The notes under the pieces: generated by a model
Database searches by the model: none
What the model was told of the DNA's origin: nothing
The model's input: only the letters and a program-made list of their open reading frames with translations
DNA from: Polyangiales bacterium
GTDB taxonomy: Bacteria; Myxococcota_A; Polyangia; Polyangiales; Ga0077539
Assembly: GCA_044229975.1 (NCBI GenBank)
Contig: JBGARZ010000004.1
Span: 128,001-192,000, forward strand
Length of the DNA stretch: 64,000 bases
Reading direction: 5' to 3'
In this document: positions 6,248 through 16,234 of the stretch, piece by piece
Numbering within the stretch: position 1 is the first letter of the stretch
Layout of the letters: every line of letters starts with the position of its first letter
Position numbers and translations under genes: made by a program

Positions 6248-8248
6248 ATGAGCGCCCCCCACGAGCCTGAGTCTTCGCCCGCCAACGCGTTTCCCATCGA
6301 CCTGTCACCGCTCTCCGACCCGGAGGCGATCGCCGCCCGCGACCGCGAGTGGCTGGAGAAGGTCTATGCGCGAGGGGTTCCGCAGCTCACCGTCCGCGCG
6401 GCCGTCACGGGCATGCTGCTCGGGAGCATCCTCGGCGCCTCCAACCTCTACATCGGCCTGAAAATCGGCTGGAACTTCGGCATGTCCATCACCGCGAGCG
6501 TGCTGGCGTTCGCGATCTTCTCGGCCGTCCGCAGGCTCATCCCGGGCCTGTCCGAGTTCACCATGCTGGAGAACAACACGTCGCAGACGGCCGCCTCGGC
6601 CGCCGCGTACATGTCCTCGGCGGGTCTCGTGAGCTCCATCCCCGCGCTGACGATGCTGCGCCGCGAGCACGTCATCAACGTCCCCGAGCTCACGCCGATG
6701 CAGCTCACCTTCTGGCTGCTGGCCGTCTCGGTGCTCGGCGTGGTCGTCGCCATCCCCCTCAAGCGCAACCTCATCAACGCCGAGCAGCTCCGCTTTCCGT
6801 CGGGCATCGTGTGCGCGGAGACCATCCGCACCATGCACGCCGCCGGGAAGGAGTCGCTCGCCAAGGCGCGCTCGCTCCTCGTCGCCGGGCTCTTCGCGGC
6901 GGTGATGAAGTTCATCTTCGACTGCAAGCTGTGGATCTTCCGGCGGTTGCCCGAGACCGTGGGGCTGCCGTTCATGGTGCGGGGGTATCCGGCGGAGTCG
7001 TGGTCGTTCGCGCTCAACACGTCGCTCCTGCTGTACGCCGCGGGCGCCATCGTCGGGCTCAAGGTCGCGCTCAGCCTCGCGGTGGGCAGCGCCATCAACT
7101 ACGGCTTCATCGGCCCGTGGCTGCTCGACCACGACGTGCTGCGCGTCGCAACCGCGGCTGACACCGCGACGCCCGCCGCGTGGCAGACGTTCGTCCACGC
7201 CGCCGAGCACGACCACGCCATCCCGGTGCGCTCGGCTGCGGCGCTGCATGCGCTGCTGCGGTCGAAGTGGAGCGTCTGGCCCGGAACCTCCCTCATGGTG
7301 AGCGCGAGCCTCGTGGCGTTTGCGTTCCGCTGGCGCACCATCGCGCGAGCGTTTTCTGGGCTCGGCGGGCTGTTCTCGTCGGGCCGGAAGGCGGTCGCGG
7401 AGGAGGACGCGCTGGCCGAGGTGGAGGTGCCGTCGACGTGGTTCGGGGTGGGGCTCGCGCTCTGCACCGTGGCCTCGGTGGTGATGCTGAAGGCGTGGTT
7501 TGGTGTTCCGGTGTTCGAGGGCGTGATGGCGGTGGCGCTGGCCTTCGTGCTGAGCGTCGTGGCGGCGCGCGCGACGGGCGAGACCGACGTGACGCCCATC
7601 GGCGCCATGGGCAAGATCGCGCAGCTGCTCTTCGGCGTGCTCGTTCCGGGCAACGCGGCGGCCAACCTGATGACGGCCACGGTGACCGCGGGCGCCGCGT
7701 CCCACTCGGCCGATCTGCTGACGGAAGTGAAGACCGGCTACCTGCTGGGCGGAGCGCCGCGGAAGCAGTTCTGGGCGCAGATCCTGGGCGTGATCGCGGG
7801 CGCGTTCGTGTGCGTGCCGGCGTACTTCCTCATCGCGAAGCCCGAGCGGCTGGGCAACGACCTCGCGGCGCCCGCGGCGGTGGCGTGGGCCTCGGTGGCG
7901 AAGCTGCTCAAGGACGGTCCGGGCAACCTGCCGCGGTACGCGATTCACGCCATCGTGGCGGGCGCGGCGCTGGGCGTGGTGCTCGCGGTGGCGGAGGAGT
8001 TCGCGCCGAAGAAGTGGAAAGCCTACCTGCCGAGCGCGACGGGCCTGGGCATCGCGATGGTCATCGACTTCAACGACAGCTTCGCGATGCTGGTGGGCGC
8101 GGTCATCGCGTGGGTGCTGCACCGTACGCACAAGGACTTCGCCGAGCGGTACATCGTGTCGGCGTCATCGGGCGTGGTCGCGGGCGAGGGGCTCATGGGC
8201 ATCGTGGTGATCGTGCTGCGCGACATCGCGCATGTGCTGCCGGGGTGA
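6248..8248 (+). CDS. OPT family oligopeptide transporter
   Basis: QLTVRA, NLYIGLKIG, ENNTSQT, LRFPSG, GETDVTP, KTGYLLG motifs; many TM helices. Confidence 0.92.
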   Translation: MSAPHEPESSPANAFPIDLSPLSDPEAIAARDREWLEKVYARGVPQLTVRAAVTGMLLGSILGASNLYIGLKIGWNFGMSITASVLAFAIFSAVRRLIPGLSEFTMLENNTSQTAASAAAYMSSAGLVSSIPALTMLRREHVINVPELTPMQLTFWLLAVSVLGVVVAIPLKRNLINAEQLRFPSGIVCAETIRTMHAAGKESLAKARSLLVAGLFAAVMKFIFDCKLWIFRRLPETVGLPFMVRGYPAESWSFALNTSLLLYAAGAIVGLKVALSLAVGSAINYGFIGPWLLDHDVLRVATAADTATPAAWQTFVHAAEHDHAIPVRSAAALHALLRSKWSVWPGTSLMVSASLVAFAFRWRTIARAFSGLGGLFSSGRKAVAEEDALAEVEVPSTWFGVGLALCTVASVVMLKAWFGVPVFEGVMAVALAFVLSVVAARATGETDVTPIGAMGKIAQLLFGVLVPGNAAANLMTATVTAGAASHSADLLTEVKTGYLLGGAPRKQFWAQILGVIAGAFVCVPAYFLIAKPERLGNDLAAPAAVAWASVAKLLKDGPGNLPRYAIHAIVAGAALGVVLAVAEEFAPKKWKAYLPSATGLGIAMVIDFNDSFAMLVGAVIAWVLHRTHKDFAERYIVSASSGVVAGEGLMGIVVIVLRDIAHVLPG

Positions 8249-8261
8249 GCTGAGCGGGCGG

Positions 8262-8440
8262 GTGGGGACGGTTTCAGCTTTTCAGTTTGTTGAGCGGCGG
8301 TGAGTGGGTGAGGACGGTTTCAGCTTTTCAACTTGTCACAATCGATCGGGTCCAGACATTCGTGACAAATTGAAAAGCTGAAACCGTCCCCACCCGCTCA
8401 CCGCCCGCTCAACAAATTGAAAAGTTGAAACCGTCCCCAC
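8262..8440. repeat. Four-unit REP-like palindrome (family B): two direct plus two inverted copies
   Basis: Unit GTGGGGACGGTTTCAGCTTTTCAA/GTTTGT twice, then its reverse complement twice; AT-rich relative to the surroundings. Confidence 0.8.
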
Positions 8441-9873
8441 TCCACCACCTCCGCGCTCGCTCTCCCCGCCTGGCGCTTGTCGTCGACCACGCCGCGCTCA
8501 CCTTCGCCGACCTCGACGACCGCTCGGCCCGCGTCGCCACCGCCCTCGCCCGCCGCGGCGTCGCGCCCGGTGACCGCGTGGCCGTCGCGGTGCGCTCCTC
8601 CCTCGACGGCGTCGTGTGCCTGCTCGGTTGCCTGCGCCGCGGCGCCGTCGTCGTCCCGGTCAACCCCGGTTATCACGAGGCCGAGCTCTCCCACCTCCTC
8701 GCCGACAGCGGTGCTGCCCTCGTCATCGAAGACGAACCCTCCGCTCCTCTCCGCGCCGTCATCGCGACCACTCCCCTCGTCACCTCCGCCGCGCTCGTCG
8801 CCGAGTCCCCCTCGACCGACCCCGCAGCCGATGCCCTCTCGCGCGACGACGAACTCGCGATGCTCATCTACACCTCCGGAACCACCGGGCGCTCCAAGGG
8901 ATGCGCCCACACCCATCGCGGACTCGCCGTCGGCATCGACGCCCTCATGTCCCTCTGGGGCATCGGCCCCGATGACGTGGTGCTCAACGCGCTGCCGCTC
9001 TTTCATGTCCACGGCCTCTGCGTGTGCCTCCTCGGTGCGCTCTCCCGCGGCGCCTGCACCCGCCTGCTTCCGCGCTTCTCCCCCGAGGCCGTCGTCGATG
9101 GTGCTCGCCACGGCGCCACCGTCTTCATGAGCGTCCCCACCATGGTGCACCGCCTGCTTGCCGCCCTCGACGACGACGGCGCGCGCACCCTCTCGTCGCT
9201 CCGCCTCGTCACCTGCGGATCAGCTGCGCTCTCCGCCGACAACCTCCGCGCCTTCGAGGCGCGCACCGGCCTCACCATCCTCGAACGCTACGGCATGAGC
9301 GAGACCCTCATCACGCTCTCCAATCCCCTCGTCGGCGAGCGCCGCCCCGGCGCCGTCGGGTGGCCCGTCCCCGGCACCCTCATCCGCGTCGTCGACGACG
9401 AGCTCCAGGTGTCCTCCCCCGGCACCATGCGCTCCTACTGGAACCGCCCCGACGCCGACGCCGAGGTCTTCGTCACCGACGCCGAAGGCATTCGCTGGTT
9501 TCGCACCGGCGACGTCGTCGCCCTCGACCCTGACGGGTGCGTTCGCATCGTCGGCCGCGCCAGCCAGGACATCATGAAGGTCGGCGGCTACAAGCTCTCC
9601 ACGCGCGAGATCGAAGAGCAGATCGAGACCCACCCGGCCGTGCGCGAGGTCGCCGTCGTGGGCCTGCCCGACGCCGAGTGGGGCGAGCGTGTCTGCGCCG
9701 TCGTGGTGCTGCATCCCGGCGCGTCGCTCACCCTCGACGCGCTGCGCGCCCACGTGAAGCTCGCCGAGTCCAAGCGCCCCCGCGCGCTGGTTTTCAGAGA
9801 AGAACTGCCCCGCAACGCGCTCGGCAAGGTGATGAAGTCGGCGCTGAAATCGGGACTCTCGGAAGGGCGCTGA
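8425..9873 (+). CDS. Acyl-CoA synthetase, malonyl-CoA synthetase (MatB/ACSF3)-like
   Basis: YTSGTTGRSKG, LPLFHVHGL, ERYGMSE, WFRTGD, LPRNALGKV. The TTG start is uncertain. Confidence 0.88.
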   Translation: MKPSPLHHLRARSPRLALVVDHAALTFADLDDRSARVATALARRGVAPGDRVAVAVRSSLDGVVCLLGCLRRGAVVVPVNPGYHEAELSHLLADSGAALVIEDEPSAPLRAVIATTPLVTSAALVAESPSTDPAADALSRDDELAMLIYTSGTTGRSKGCAHTHRGLAVGIDALMSLWGIGPDDVVLNALPLFHVHGLCVCLLGALSRGACTRLLPRFSPEAVVDGARHGATVFMSVPTMVHRLLAALDDDGARTLSSLRLVTCGSAALSADNLRAFEARTGLTILERYGMSETLITLSNPLVGERRPGAVGWPVPGTLIRVVDDELQVSSPGTMRSYWNRPDADAEVFVTDAEGIRWFRTGDVVALDPDGCVRIVGRASQDIMKVGGYKLSTREIEEQIETHPAVREVAVVGLPDAEWGERVCAVVVLHPGASLTLDALRAHVKLAESKRPRALVFREELPRNALGKVMKSALKSGLSEGR

Positions 9874-9930
9874 GACACCCTCCTGGGGGCCTCGCGCGAA
9901 GCACGGGTGACGGTGCTAGTGTCGCCAGCG

Positions 9931-10374
9931 ATGTACAAGAACGACAAACCCACGCGCGAGACCGAAGCTCCGCTGCGGTCGGCCATCGCGGAGAAGCATG
10001 GCATCGAGGCGTTCACGCTCTTCTGCGCGTACCACCTCGGGGTGACGGCGAGCGACGGGTACGAGTTTCAGAACGTGCACCAGGTGGCCAAGCGGTTTGG
10101 GGTTCCGAGCGGGGTCATCAAGCAGGCGTTGCAGGACTTCGGCATGGACTCCGACCGGCTCATCCAGAGCGACTTCGACCTCTCGGGCGCCCAGGTCGAC
10201 GTCATGAACGTCCCCGAAGGCGTCTCCCGCACCGAAGTCGCGCGCACGCATTGGGAGGCGTTTCGCAATGCACGGACGAAGCCCCGCGACTGGCAGCGCG
10301 AGCTCGCCACCGACGCGCGCGAAAACGAGAGGATCTTCGGCCCACCCCCCGCCCGCCGCTCGACGCGGAAGTAG
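9931..10374 (+). CDS. Hypothetical protein, possible HTH
   Basis: Coding-like codon bias; NVHQVAKRFGVPSGVIKQAL resembles a helix-turn-helix. Confidence 0.7.
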   Translation: MYKNDKPTRETEAPLRSAIAEKHGIEAFTLFCAYHLGVTASDGYEFQNVHQVAKRFGVPSGVIKQALQDFGMDSDRLIQSDFDLSGAQVDVMNVPEGVSRTEVARTHWEAFRNARTKPRDWQRELATDARENERIFGPPPARRSTRK

Positions 10375-10392
10375 AGAGAGCCCCACCAGACC

Positions 10393-11253
10393 ATGGACCC
10401 GACCGCTACCGTCCGCGTTCCTGTGTGCAGCGACCCGAAGTGGCTGCGCTCCGCCGTGCTCGGGCTCACCGCCGGCGCCTCTGGGCTCTTCGTCGCCCTC
10501 TTCTCGCAGACCCCCGTCGGCGCCGCGCTCGGCGTGCTCCCCGGCATGACCATCGGCGTCTTCGGCGGCAGCGCCCTCGCTGCCTGGGCCCGCCGCCGCG
10601 GCGGAACCATCTCCCTCCTCGCCACCCCCGGCCGCCTCGACGTCAGCGACGCCGACCGCCGCGTCGAGCTCGTCGACCTCACCGCCCCCTACGGCGCCCT
10701 GCTCCTCGCCGACGCCACCCGCCGCGTGCTCATCCTCTCGCAGCGCAACGACCCCGTCGTGCTCATCGAGTCCCTCGTCACCACCGCGGCCACCACCTCC
10801 GACGCGTGGCGCGCCCGCACGGCCCCCGTCGACCTCGACGCCGTCGCCCTCTCCGCCGCCACCTCCCACGCCTTCGCGCTGCTGCCCGGTGAGTCGCTCG
10901 ACCCGCTGCTCGCGCACCTCGAAGCCACCCTCGACGCCGACGCGCCGTGGATGCTCCAGCCCACCAGCTCGGGGCCGCTCACCCTCACCCGCGACGCCCT
11001 CAGCTTCGCCGACCGCGCCCCGCTGCGCGCGCCCATCCACCCGCTCGACTACGGCGTGAAGGTGCAGGGGGCTCAGGTCGCCGGCCTCGGCCTCGCCTCC
11101 ACCGCCGAGGAGGGCGCGCTGCTGCTGCTCGCGTGCGACGAGGCCACCGTCGAGAAGCGCGCCGTGACCACCGACAACCCGGTCGACGCCTTCGTCCCGA
11201 TGTCCACCTACGAGGTGCTGCGGGCGATGTACCGGGCTCCGGCGAAGGGGTGA
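10393..11253 (+). CDS. Hypothetical membrane protein
   Basis: Two N-terminal hydrophobic helices; strong GC3 bias. Confidence 0.7.
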   Translation: MDPTATVRVPVCSDPKWLRSAVLGLTAGASGLFVALFSQTPVGAALGVLPGMTIGVFGGSALAAWARRRGGTISLLATPGRLDVSDADRRVELVDLTAPYGALLLADATRRVLILSQRNDPVVLIESLVTTAATTSDAWRARTAPVDLDAVALSAATSHAFALLPGESLDPLLAHLEATLDADAPWMLQPTSSGPLTLTRDALSFADRAPLRAPIHPLDYGVKVQGAQVAGLGLASTAEEGALLLLACDEATVEKRAVTTDNPVDAFVPMSTYEVLRAMYRAPAKG

Positions 11254-11529
11254 GGGCGCTGTGCGCCGGAGTCCGCGGGACCCCGTTGCAAGTGTGTGCA
11301 GTCGCTCACTCCGGGCTATTTCAGGTGGTCACCTCGCTGCGCGAGGTTGCAGGGACTCACCACCGACAATGGATGGTCGATGGGTTGTTCGTTGCAACCA
11401 GTGTTGCAACCTCGCGCAGTGAGGTGACCACCTGAAATAGCCCGGAGTGAGCGACTGCACGCGCTTGCAACTGGGTCCCGCGAACTCCGGCACGCACTTG
11501 CAACGGGGTCCCGCGGACCCCAGCGCCCC
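11254..11529. repeat. Long palindromic REPIN/MITE-like element (family C, copy 1)
   Basis: Arms TGCAGTCGCTCACTCCGGGCTATTTCAGGTGGTCACCTCGCTGCGCGAGGTTGCA and its near-exact reverse complement. Homologous to 44469-44721; lies between convergent genes. Confidence 0.85.
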
Positions 11530-13479
11530 TCACCGCCAGCGGAAGTACGCCGCCCGCACGGCCTGTCCCCGCCGCGGCCGGTAGGTGTTCCCGCGGAACA
11601 AGATCGTCCTCGCCGCGTCGTCGTAGTCGAAGCCGTCGAAGCGCGAGCGCGGCGCCAGCGTGCCGTCCACCCGCACCCGCAGCGACGCCGAGATGGGCGG
11701 CAGCGTCACCTCGAACTCGCTCGCCGCACCGGCCACCGCGTCGACGATGCGCGAGAGCGCCGCGGCCACCTCCGCGTCGGTCGCGCTGCTGATCGGGATG
11801 TACGCCCCGCCGTTGCCGGTCACCACGCACGGGACGAAGTTGTCCGTCGACGGGCACGCCGAGCGCGAGAACAGGTTGGCCATCCCGAAGGTCTGCCAGC
11901 CGTTGGTGCCGAACCACCGCGTCACCGCGCGCACCCGGTCTTCGCGCAGCGCGCCCCAGCGCACCCGGTCGTTGGCGAAGTACCGCACGTCGTCGTTGGT
12001 CCCCGCCTCGTCCGTCACGAAGAACGCCACCCGCTGCGCCCCCGCCCGAAACCGCCGGCTGTCATCGGGGTCGCGGGTTCGGGCGTCCATCGCCTGCGCC
12101 GTCACCACCGCCGCCGACACCGGCTCCTCCTCGCCACCCTCCAAGGGATACGGCTGGCGAAGGTCTTCCGCGGCGTTGCCGAAGCGCTGGTAGGTCACCT
12201 GCCACGCGAGCTGGCGCGCGCCGTCAGGGTCGCTCCCGCTGATCCACGCGAAGCCGGGGTTGTCGAGGTCGGGGCCCCGCGCCGCGCTCCCCGCCTGCAC
12301 CACGCCGACGCGCAGGTCGATGCCCGCGGCGTTCATCTCGCGGAAGAACCTCGCGGCCACGTTGCCCAGTCGCTCCTGGTCGTCCTCCATCGAGCGCGAC
12401 GTGTCCACCAGCCAGAGGAAGTCCGCGCTCACCGTGCGCGTCGCCACGATGCGCTGGCAGAGCGTGTCCAGCACGGCCCGCGAGCCGCCGAGCCCGGTCG
12501 CGTTGGTGAGGTCCTGCAAGCGGATCGCGGTCGTCGCGCGTGGGTCGTCGAAGCGCGCCTCCGGGGCCGCCGCCACCATGATCACCGCGCGCCCGATCTC
12601 CGGTCGCAGCACCGTGGTCACCTCCAGCGTGAAGCTCCGCGCGCCCGAAAACCCCGGCCGTGATCCACCCGGGTTGAGCATCGCCACGTCGCGCGACACC
12701 CGATCGCGCACCACCGCTGCGGACGTCTCCAGCGAGCCCAGCCGAAACGAGCTCCGTCGCGACGCCCAGCCCTCGTCGGTGCGCCCCTCGCGGCCCACCA
12801 GCACCGGCGTCGCCCCCACGCTCGCGGCGATGCGCCCCTCCCACATGCCCGCCGCCTCGGCCAGCATGCGCGACTCCGGGACCTCCATCACCAGCGCCGC
12901 CACGTCGTCGCCGGGAGCGTCCGTCGCCAGCACCCGCACAGCGCGCGTGGTGTCTTCGGCGATGCGCGGCGTCGACCACGCGGGATCGAGCGCGAGCTGC
13001 GCATCCGAGCGGGCGAGCGCCACCACCGTGGGCTCTTCGAGCGCATCACCGGGACACAACGGATCGAGCGGGTCGGCCTGCACGGTCACCGGGCACTGCA
13101 ACGCCTCGCCGCTCCGCAGACGATACGGGGTGGTGACCAGCAGGTCGTAGTTGCCCTGGATGTCGGGCGTGAGCGAAGCGCGCTCGTCGCCCGTGGAGAT
13201 GACCGTCGCGACCGATCGACGGGGCGCCTGGCGCAGCGACCACGCGTAGCCCGTGGTGCGCGGTGTCACCTCGTCGACCACGAGGCGCAGGGCGGCTTCG
13301 GTCCCGACGCGAGCGCGCACCCGCAGCGCGCGGCAGCGGGGTTCGGGCGGGAGCGGCGCGTCGATGGAGGCGTCCATCGCGGGCGGCGGCGGATCGTCGA
13401 TGAGGCCCGTGCGCGCCCCGCACGCCGAGGTCAGCAGGGCTGCCAGTGCCATCCATCGATCCGCGCGCGGTCCGCTCAT
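11530..13479 (-). CDS. Lipoprotein with vWA domain (myxobacterial adhesin-like)
   Basis: Lipobox LLTSAC, MIDAS motif DFLWLVDTSRSM, FFVTDE, C-terminal GFDYDDAARTILF. Confidence 0.8.
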   Translation of the reverse strand: MSGPRADRWMALAALLTSACGARTGLIDDPPPPAMDASIDAPLPPEPRCRALRVRARVGTEAALRLVVDEVTPRTTGYAWSLRQAPRRSVATVISTGDERASLTPDIQGNYDLLVTTPYRLRSGEALQCPVTVQADPLDPLCPGDALEEPTVVALARSDAQLALDPAWSTPRIAEDTTRAVRVLATDAPGDDVAALVMEVPESRMLAEAAGMWEGRIAASVGATPVLVGREGRTDEGWASRRSSFRLGSLETSAAVVRDRVSRDVAMLNPGGSRPGFSGARSFTLEVTTVLRPEIGRAVIMVAAAPEARFDDPRATTAIRLQDLTNATGLGGSRAVLDTLCQRIVATRTVSADFLWLVDTSRSMEDDQERLGNVAARFFREMNAAGIDLRVGVVQAGSAARGPDLDNPGFAWISGSDPDGARQLAWQVTYQRFGNAAEDLRQPYPLEGGEEEPVSAAVVTAQAMDARTRDPDDSRRFRAGAQRVAFFVTDEAGTNDDVRYFANDRVRWGALREDRVRAVTRWFGTNGWQTFGMANLFSRSACPSTDNFVPCVVTGNGGAYIPISSATDAEVAAALSRIVDAVAGAASEFEVTLPPISASLRVRVDGTLAPRSRFDGFDYDDAARTILFRGNTYRPRRGQAVRAAYFRWR

Positions 13480-13516
13480 GGGGTGTAGCCCTACTACCGC
13501 AGCACCGCGGGGGCCG

Positions 13517-14314
13517 TCATCTCTCGGCGCGACGGACCGCAGTCAGCGCCGCGACCAGCTCGTCGTGCACCGGACCGTTGCTCGCCACCAGCCACCCGTC
13601 GCGGAAGTCGAGCGCACCACCCGCGAGGTCGGTGACGCGGCCGCCCGCTTCGGTGACCAGCAGCGCGCCCGCTGCGAGGTCCCACGGCTTCAAGAAGCGC
13701 TCCCAGTAGCCGTCGAAGGTTCCGTCGGCGGTGAGGCACAGGTCGAGCGACGCGGCGCCGCAACGACGAACGCCCCGCGACCGTTGCGTGAGCGCCGCGA
13801 ACTCGGCGAAGTTGTTCAATGGGTTGGTGCGGTTGTCGTAGGGGAAGCCGGTCGCGAGCAGCGCGCGGTCGAGGACGGCGGTCTTGCTGACGTGACAGGG
13901 CAGACCGTTGCGCCGCGTGCCGTGGCCGAGAACAGCGGACCACTCCAGCCCGAGGGCGGGCGCGACCACCGCGGCGGCGAGCAACGTGGGGCCCACCGCG
14001 AGCCCGAGCGACACCGCGAAGAACGGCAGTCCATGGATGAAGTTGGTGGTGCCGTCGAGGGGGTCGGCCCAGATCGCAGGGCCGTCGGGGATGGTTCCGT
14101 CGGCGCTCTCCTCGGCGACGAGGGTGACGCCCGGGAAGGCACTACGGAGGGCGGTGCGGAGGGTGTCTTCGCTCGCGCGGTCCCAGCGGGTGACGAGGTC
14201 GATGGGGCCCTTGTGCTCGACCTCGACGGGCGCGCGGAAGCCCTCCATCAACACGGCAGCGGAGGCGCGGGCCACGGTGAGCAGCGAGAGCGCGTCGTCG
14301 GGGGTGACGTTCAT
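13517..14314 (-). CDS. suhB: Inositol monophosphatase family protein
   Basis: DLVTRWD, AEES, WADPLDGTTNF, TGFPY, RRCGAASLD, KPWDLAAG. Confidence 0.88.
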   Translation of the reverse strand: MNVTPDDALSLLTVARASAAVLMEGFRAPVEVEHKGPIDLVTRWDRASEDTLRTALRSAFPGVTLVAEESADGTIPDGPAIWADPLDGTTNFIHGLPFFAVSLGLAVGPTLLAAAVVAPALGLEWSAVLGHGTRRNGLPCHVSKTAVLDRALLATGFPYDNRTNPLNNFAEFAALTQRSRGVRRCGAASLDLCLTADGTFDGYWERFLKPWDLAAGALLVTEAGGRVTDLAGGALDFRDGWLVASNGPVHDELVAALTAVRRAER

Positions 14315-14388
14315 GATGGGCGCGGCTCTATCACACGCCGCCGCGTGGCAGCGCACCCGGCTGGCAGCTAGCATCGCTCCCCTCACCG

Positions 14389-16170
14389 ATGCCCCGAACG
14401 AACTCCCACCCCACGCTGCTGGCCCTCGCGGCGATCGGGGTGTTCGTGTACGGCGTCGAGCACTGGCGCCGCCGCGCGTCGGCCCGCGTCGGTCGCAGCG
14501 AGCGCGAGCGCTTCGCCGCCCTGAGCCTCTGCCTCGTGGGCCCCGAAGGCGCGCACCGCGTCGATCACGTCGACGAGACCCGCCGCCGCCTCCGCCGCCT
14601 CGCCATGGAGACCTCCCTCGACCCGGCGCCCACCTGGATCGACGCGTGTATCCCATTGGCCCGCGCGCTCACCGTGGAAGGCGCCGCCGTCGACGTCACG
14701 GGCCGCCCCGGCGCCGTCGGGACGCAGGTCGCTCGCCGCGCGCGTGAACTCACCCGGGCGATGTCGCGCGTGGGCCTCGTGTGGCAGGTGCGGGCGGGCG
14801 ATCTGGAGGCCGACCTCGACATCGTGGCCGACCTGCTGTCGCGCACCTCGGCGGAGATCGACCTCGCGACGGGCGGGGCGCAGGTGTTCGCGTCGAAGGG
14901 CGTTCGCGCGCCGAGGGTGGGGCCGCTGCCGACGCCGCTGACGGTGGACGTTCCGGGGCTGTACCCGTTGCCGCTCGGTGGTCCGCGAGAGTTTCTCGTG
15001 GGGACGCCGGCGCCGGCGCTGTCGGCGGTGTCGCTGCGGGCGGGCGCGGCCACGGTGACGGTGCGGGCCAACGACGAGACAAGGGCGTGGTCGCTCGGCC
15101 CGTCGGCCGTCGTGCGGGTGCTGCCGGAAGACGGACGCGCGGATGGGTTGTCGCCGGTGCGCCTCGATGGGGTGGAGGCTGCGCTCGGGGTGGCGCGCAT
15201 CGCGGCTCCTCCCGCGGGGGTCGATGCGACGGGCATCCGGTTGGATGGCGTGGTGCGCGACGGGGTGTTCTGGCTGGGCGAGGCGGTGCGGGGGCAGGGG
15301 CCGGTGCTGGCGAGGCTGCCGGTGCAGGGGCGCGAGGCGGCGACGGCGGTGCGGCTCACGATGGCGCCGATCGACCCGGCCGGGAGCGCGGTGGACGAGC
15401 ACATCGCGGTGGGCGAGGGGACCGCGGCGGTGTTTGCAGCGTACACGGCGCCCGCGGAGGATGGGGTCGCGGTGCGCGTGGTGCGCGCGGCGGACGGTGC
15501 GCGGGCGGCCGTGGTGGCGGTGGCGGTTCCAGAGGGGTGGCGGGGGTACGAGCGGCGGCCCGAGGTGGCGATGTGCCGCGCGGGCGCGACGCTGTGGCTG
15601 GCGGTGACGGCGCACGACCGGTGGCGCGTGGCGACGGTAGATGGTCGGGCGGTGCGTGAGGTGTGGAGCGAGCGGCCGGAGAGCGGTCGGCGCTTCGACG
15701 ACGCGGCGGTGCTGCGCTGCGAGGCGGGCGGGGTGCTGTTGCAGGGGCGCGAGCGACCCCGGTCGAGCCCGGTGGTGTGGTGCGGCGCGGACGGGTGCAC
15801 GGCGGTGGGCGCGCCCGCGGCGCAGCAGCCGATGGACCTGCCGGCGTACACGACGCCGACGCCGCGCGGCGGACAGCGGGCGCACGCCGAGTGGCCGCTG
15901 CGGTTTGCCCGCACGGGTCGCGGGACGCTGGTGGCCGCGCGGGCGTGCGGCACCGTGGTGGGCGTGCGGCGACGGGCGACGAGCGACGCGCGGTGGAGCG
16001 ACGAGGCGGTCGTGCTGGACGCAGCGATGGCGCAGCACGGGGCGGCGGTGCTGGGCGTCGAGGTGTACGGCGAGGGGCAGCGGGTGCTGCTGGCGGTGAC
16101 GACCGCGACGGGGCTGCACCTGCTGGAGTCGCGCGACGACGGTCGGAGCTGGCGCGCGCCGACGGAGTGA
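14389..16170 (+). CDS. Hypothetical membrane-anchored protein with a BNR/Asp-box at the C-terminus
   Basis: N-terminal TM helix, beta-rich body, SRDDGRSW Asp-box. Confidence 0.65.
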   Translation: MPRTNSHPTLLALAAIGVFVYGVEHWRRRASARVGRSERERFAALSLCLVGPEGAHRVDHVDETRRRLRRLAMETSLDPAPTWIDACIPLARALTVEGAAVDVTGRPGAVGTQVARRARELTRAMSRVGLVWQVRAGDLEADLDIVADLLSRTSAEIDLATGGAQVFASKGVRAPRVGPLPTPLTVDVPGLYPLPLGGPREFLVGTPAPALSAVSLRAGAATVTVRANDETRAWSLGPSAVVRVLPEDGRADGLSPVRLDGVEAALGVARIAAPPAGVDATGIRLDGVVRDGVFWLGEAVRGQGPVLARLPVQGREAATAVRLTMAPIDPAGSAVDEHIAVGEGTAAVFAAYTAPAEDGVAVRVVRAADGARAAVVAVAVPEGWRGYERRPEVAMCRAGATLWLAVTAHDRWRVATVDGRAVREVWSERPESGRRFDDAAVLRCEAGGVLLQGRERPRSSPVVWCGADGCTAVGAPAAQQPMDLPAYTTPTPRGGQRAHAEWPLRFARTGRGTLVAARACGTVVGVRRRATSDARWSDEAVVLDAAMAQHGAAVLGVEVYGEGQRVLLAVTTATGLHLLESRDDGRSWRAPTE

Positions 16171-16234
16171 GCGGGCGCGATCGCGGTGACTCCTACCGCC
16201 CCGTCCGCTCGCGTCTCGTGACTCCTACCACCGC

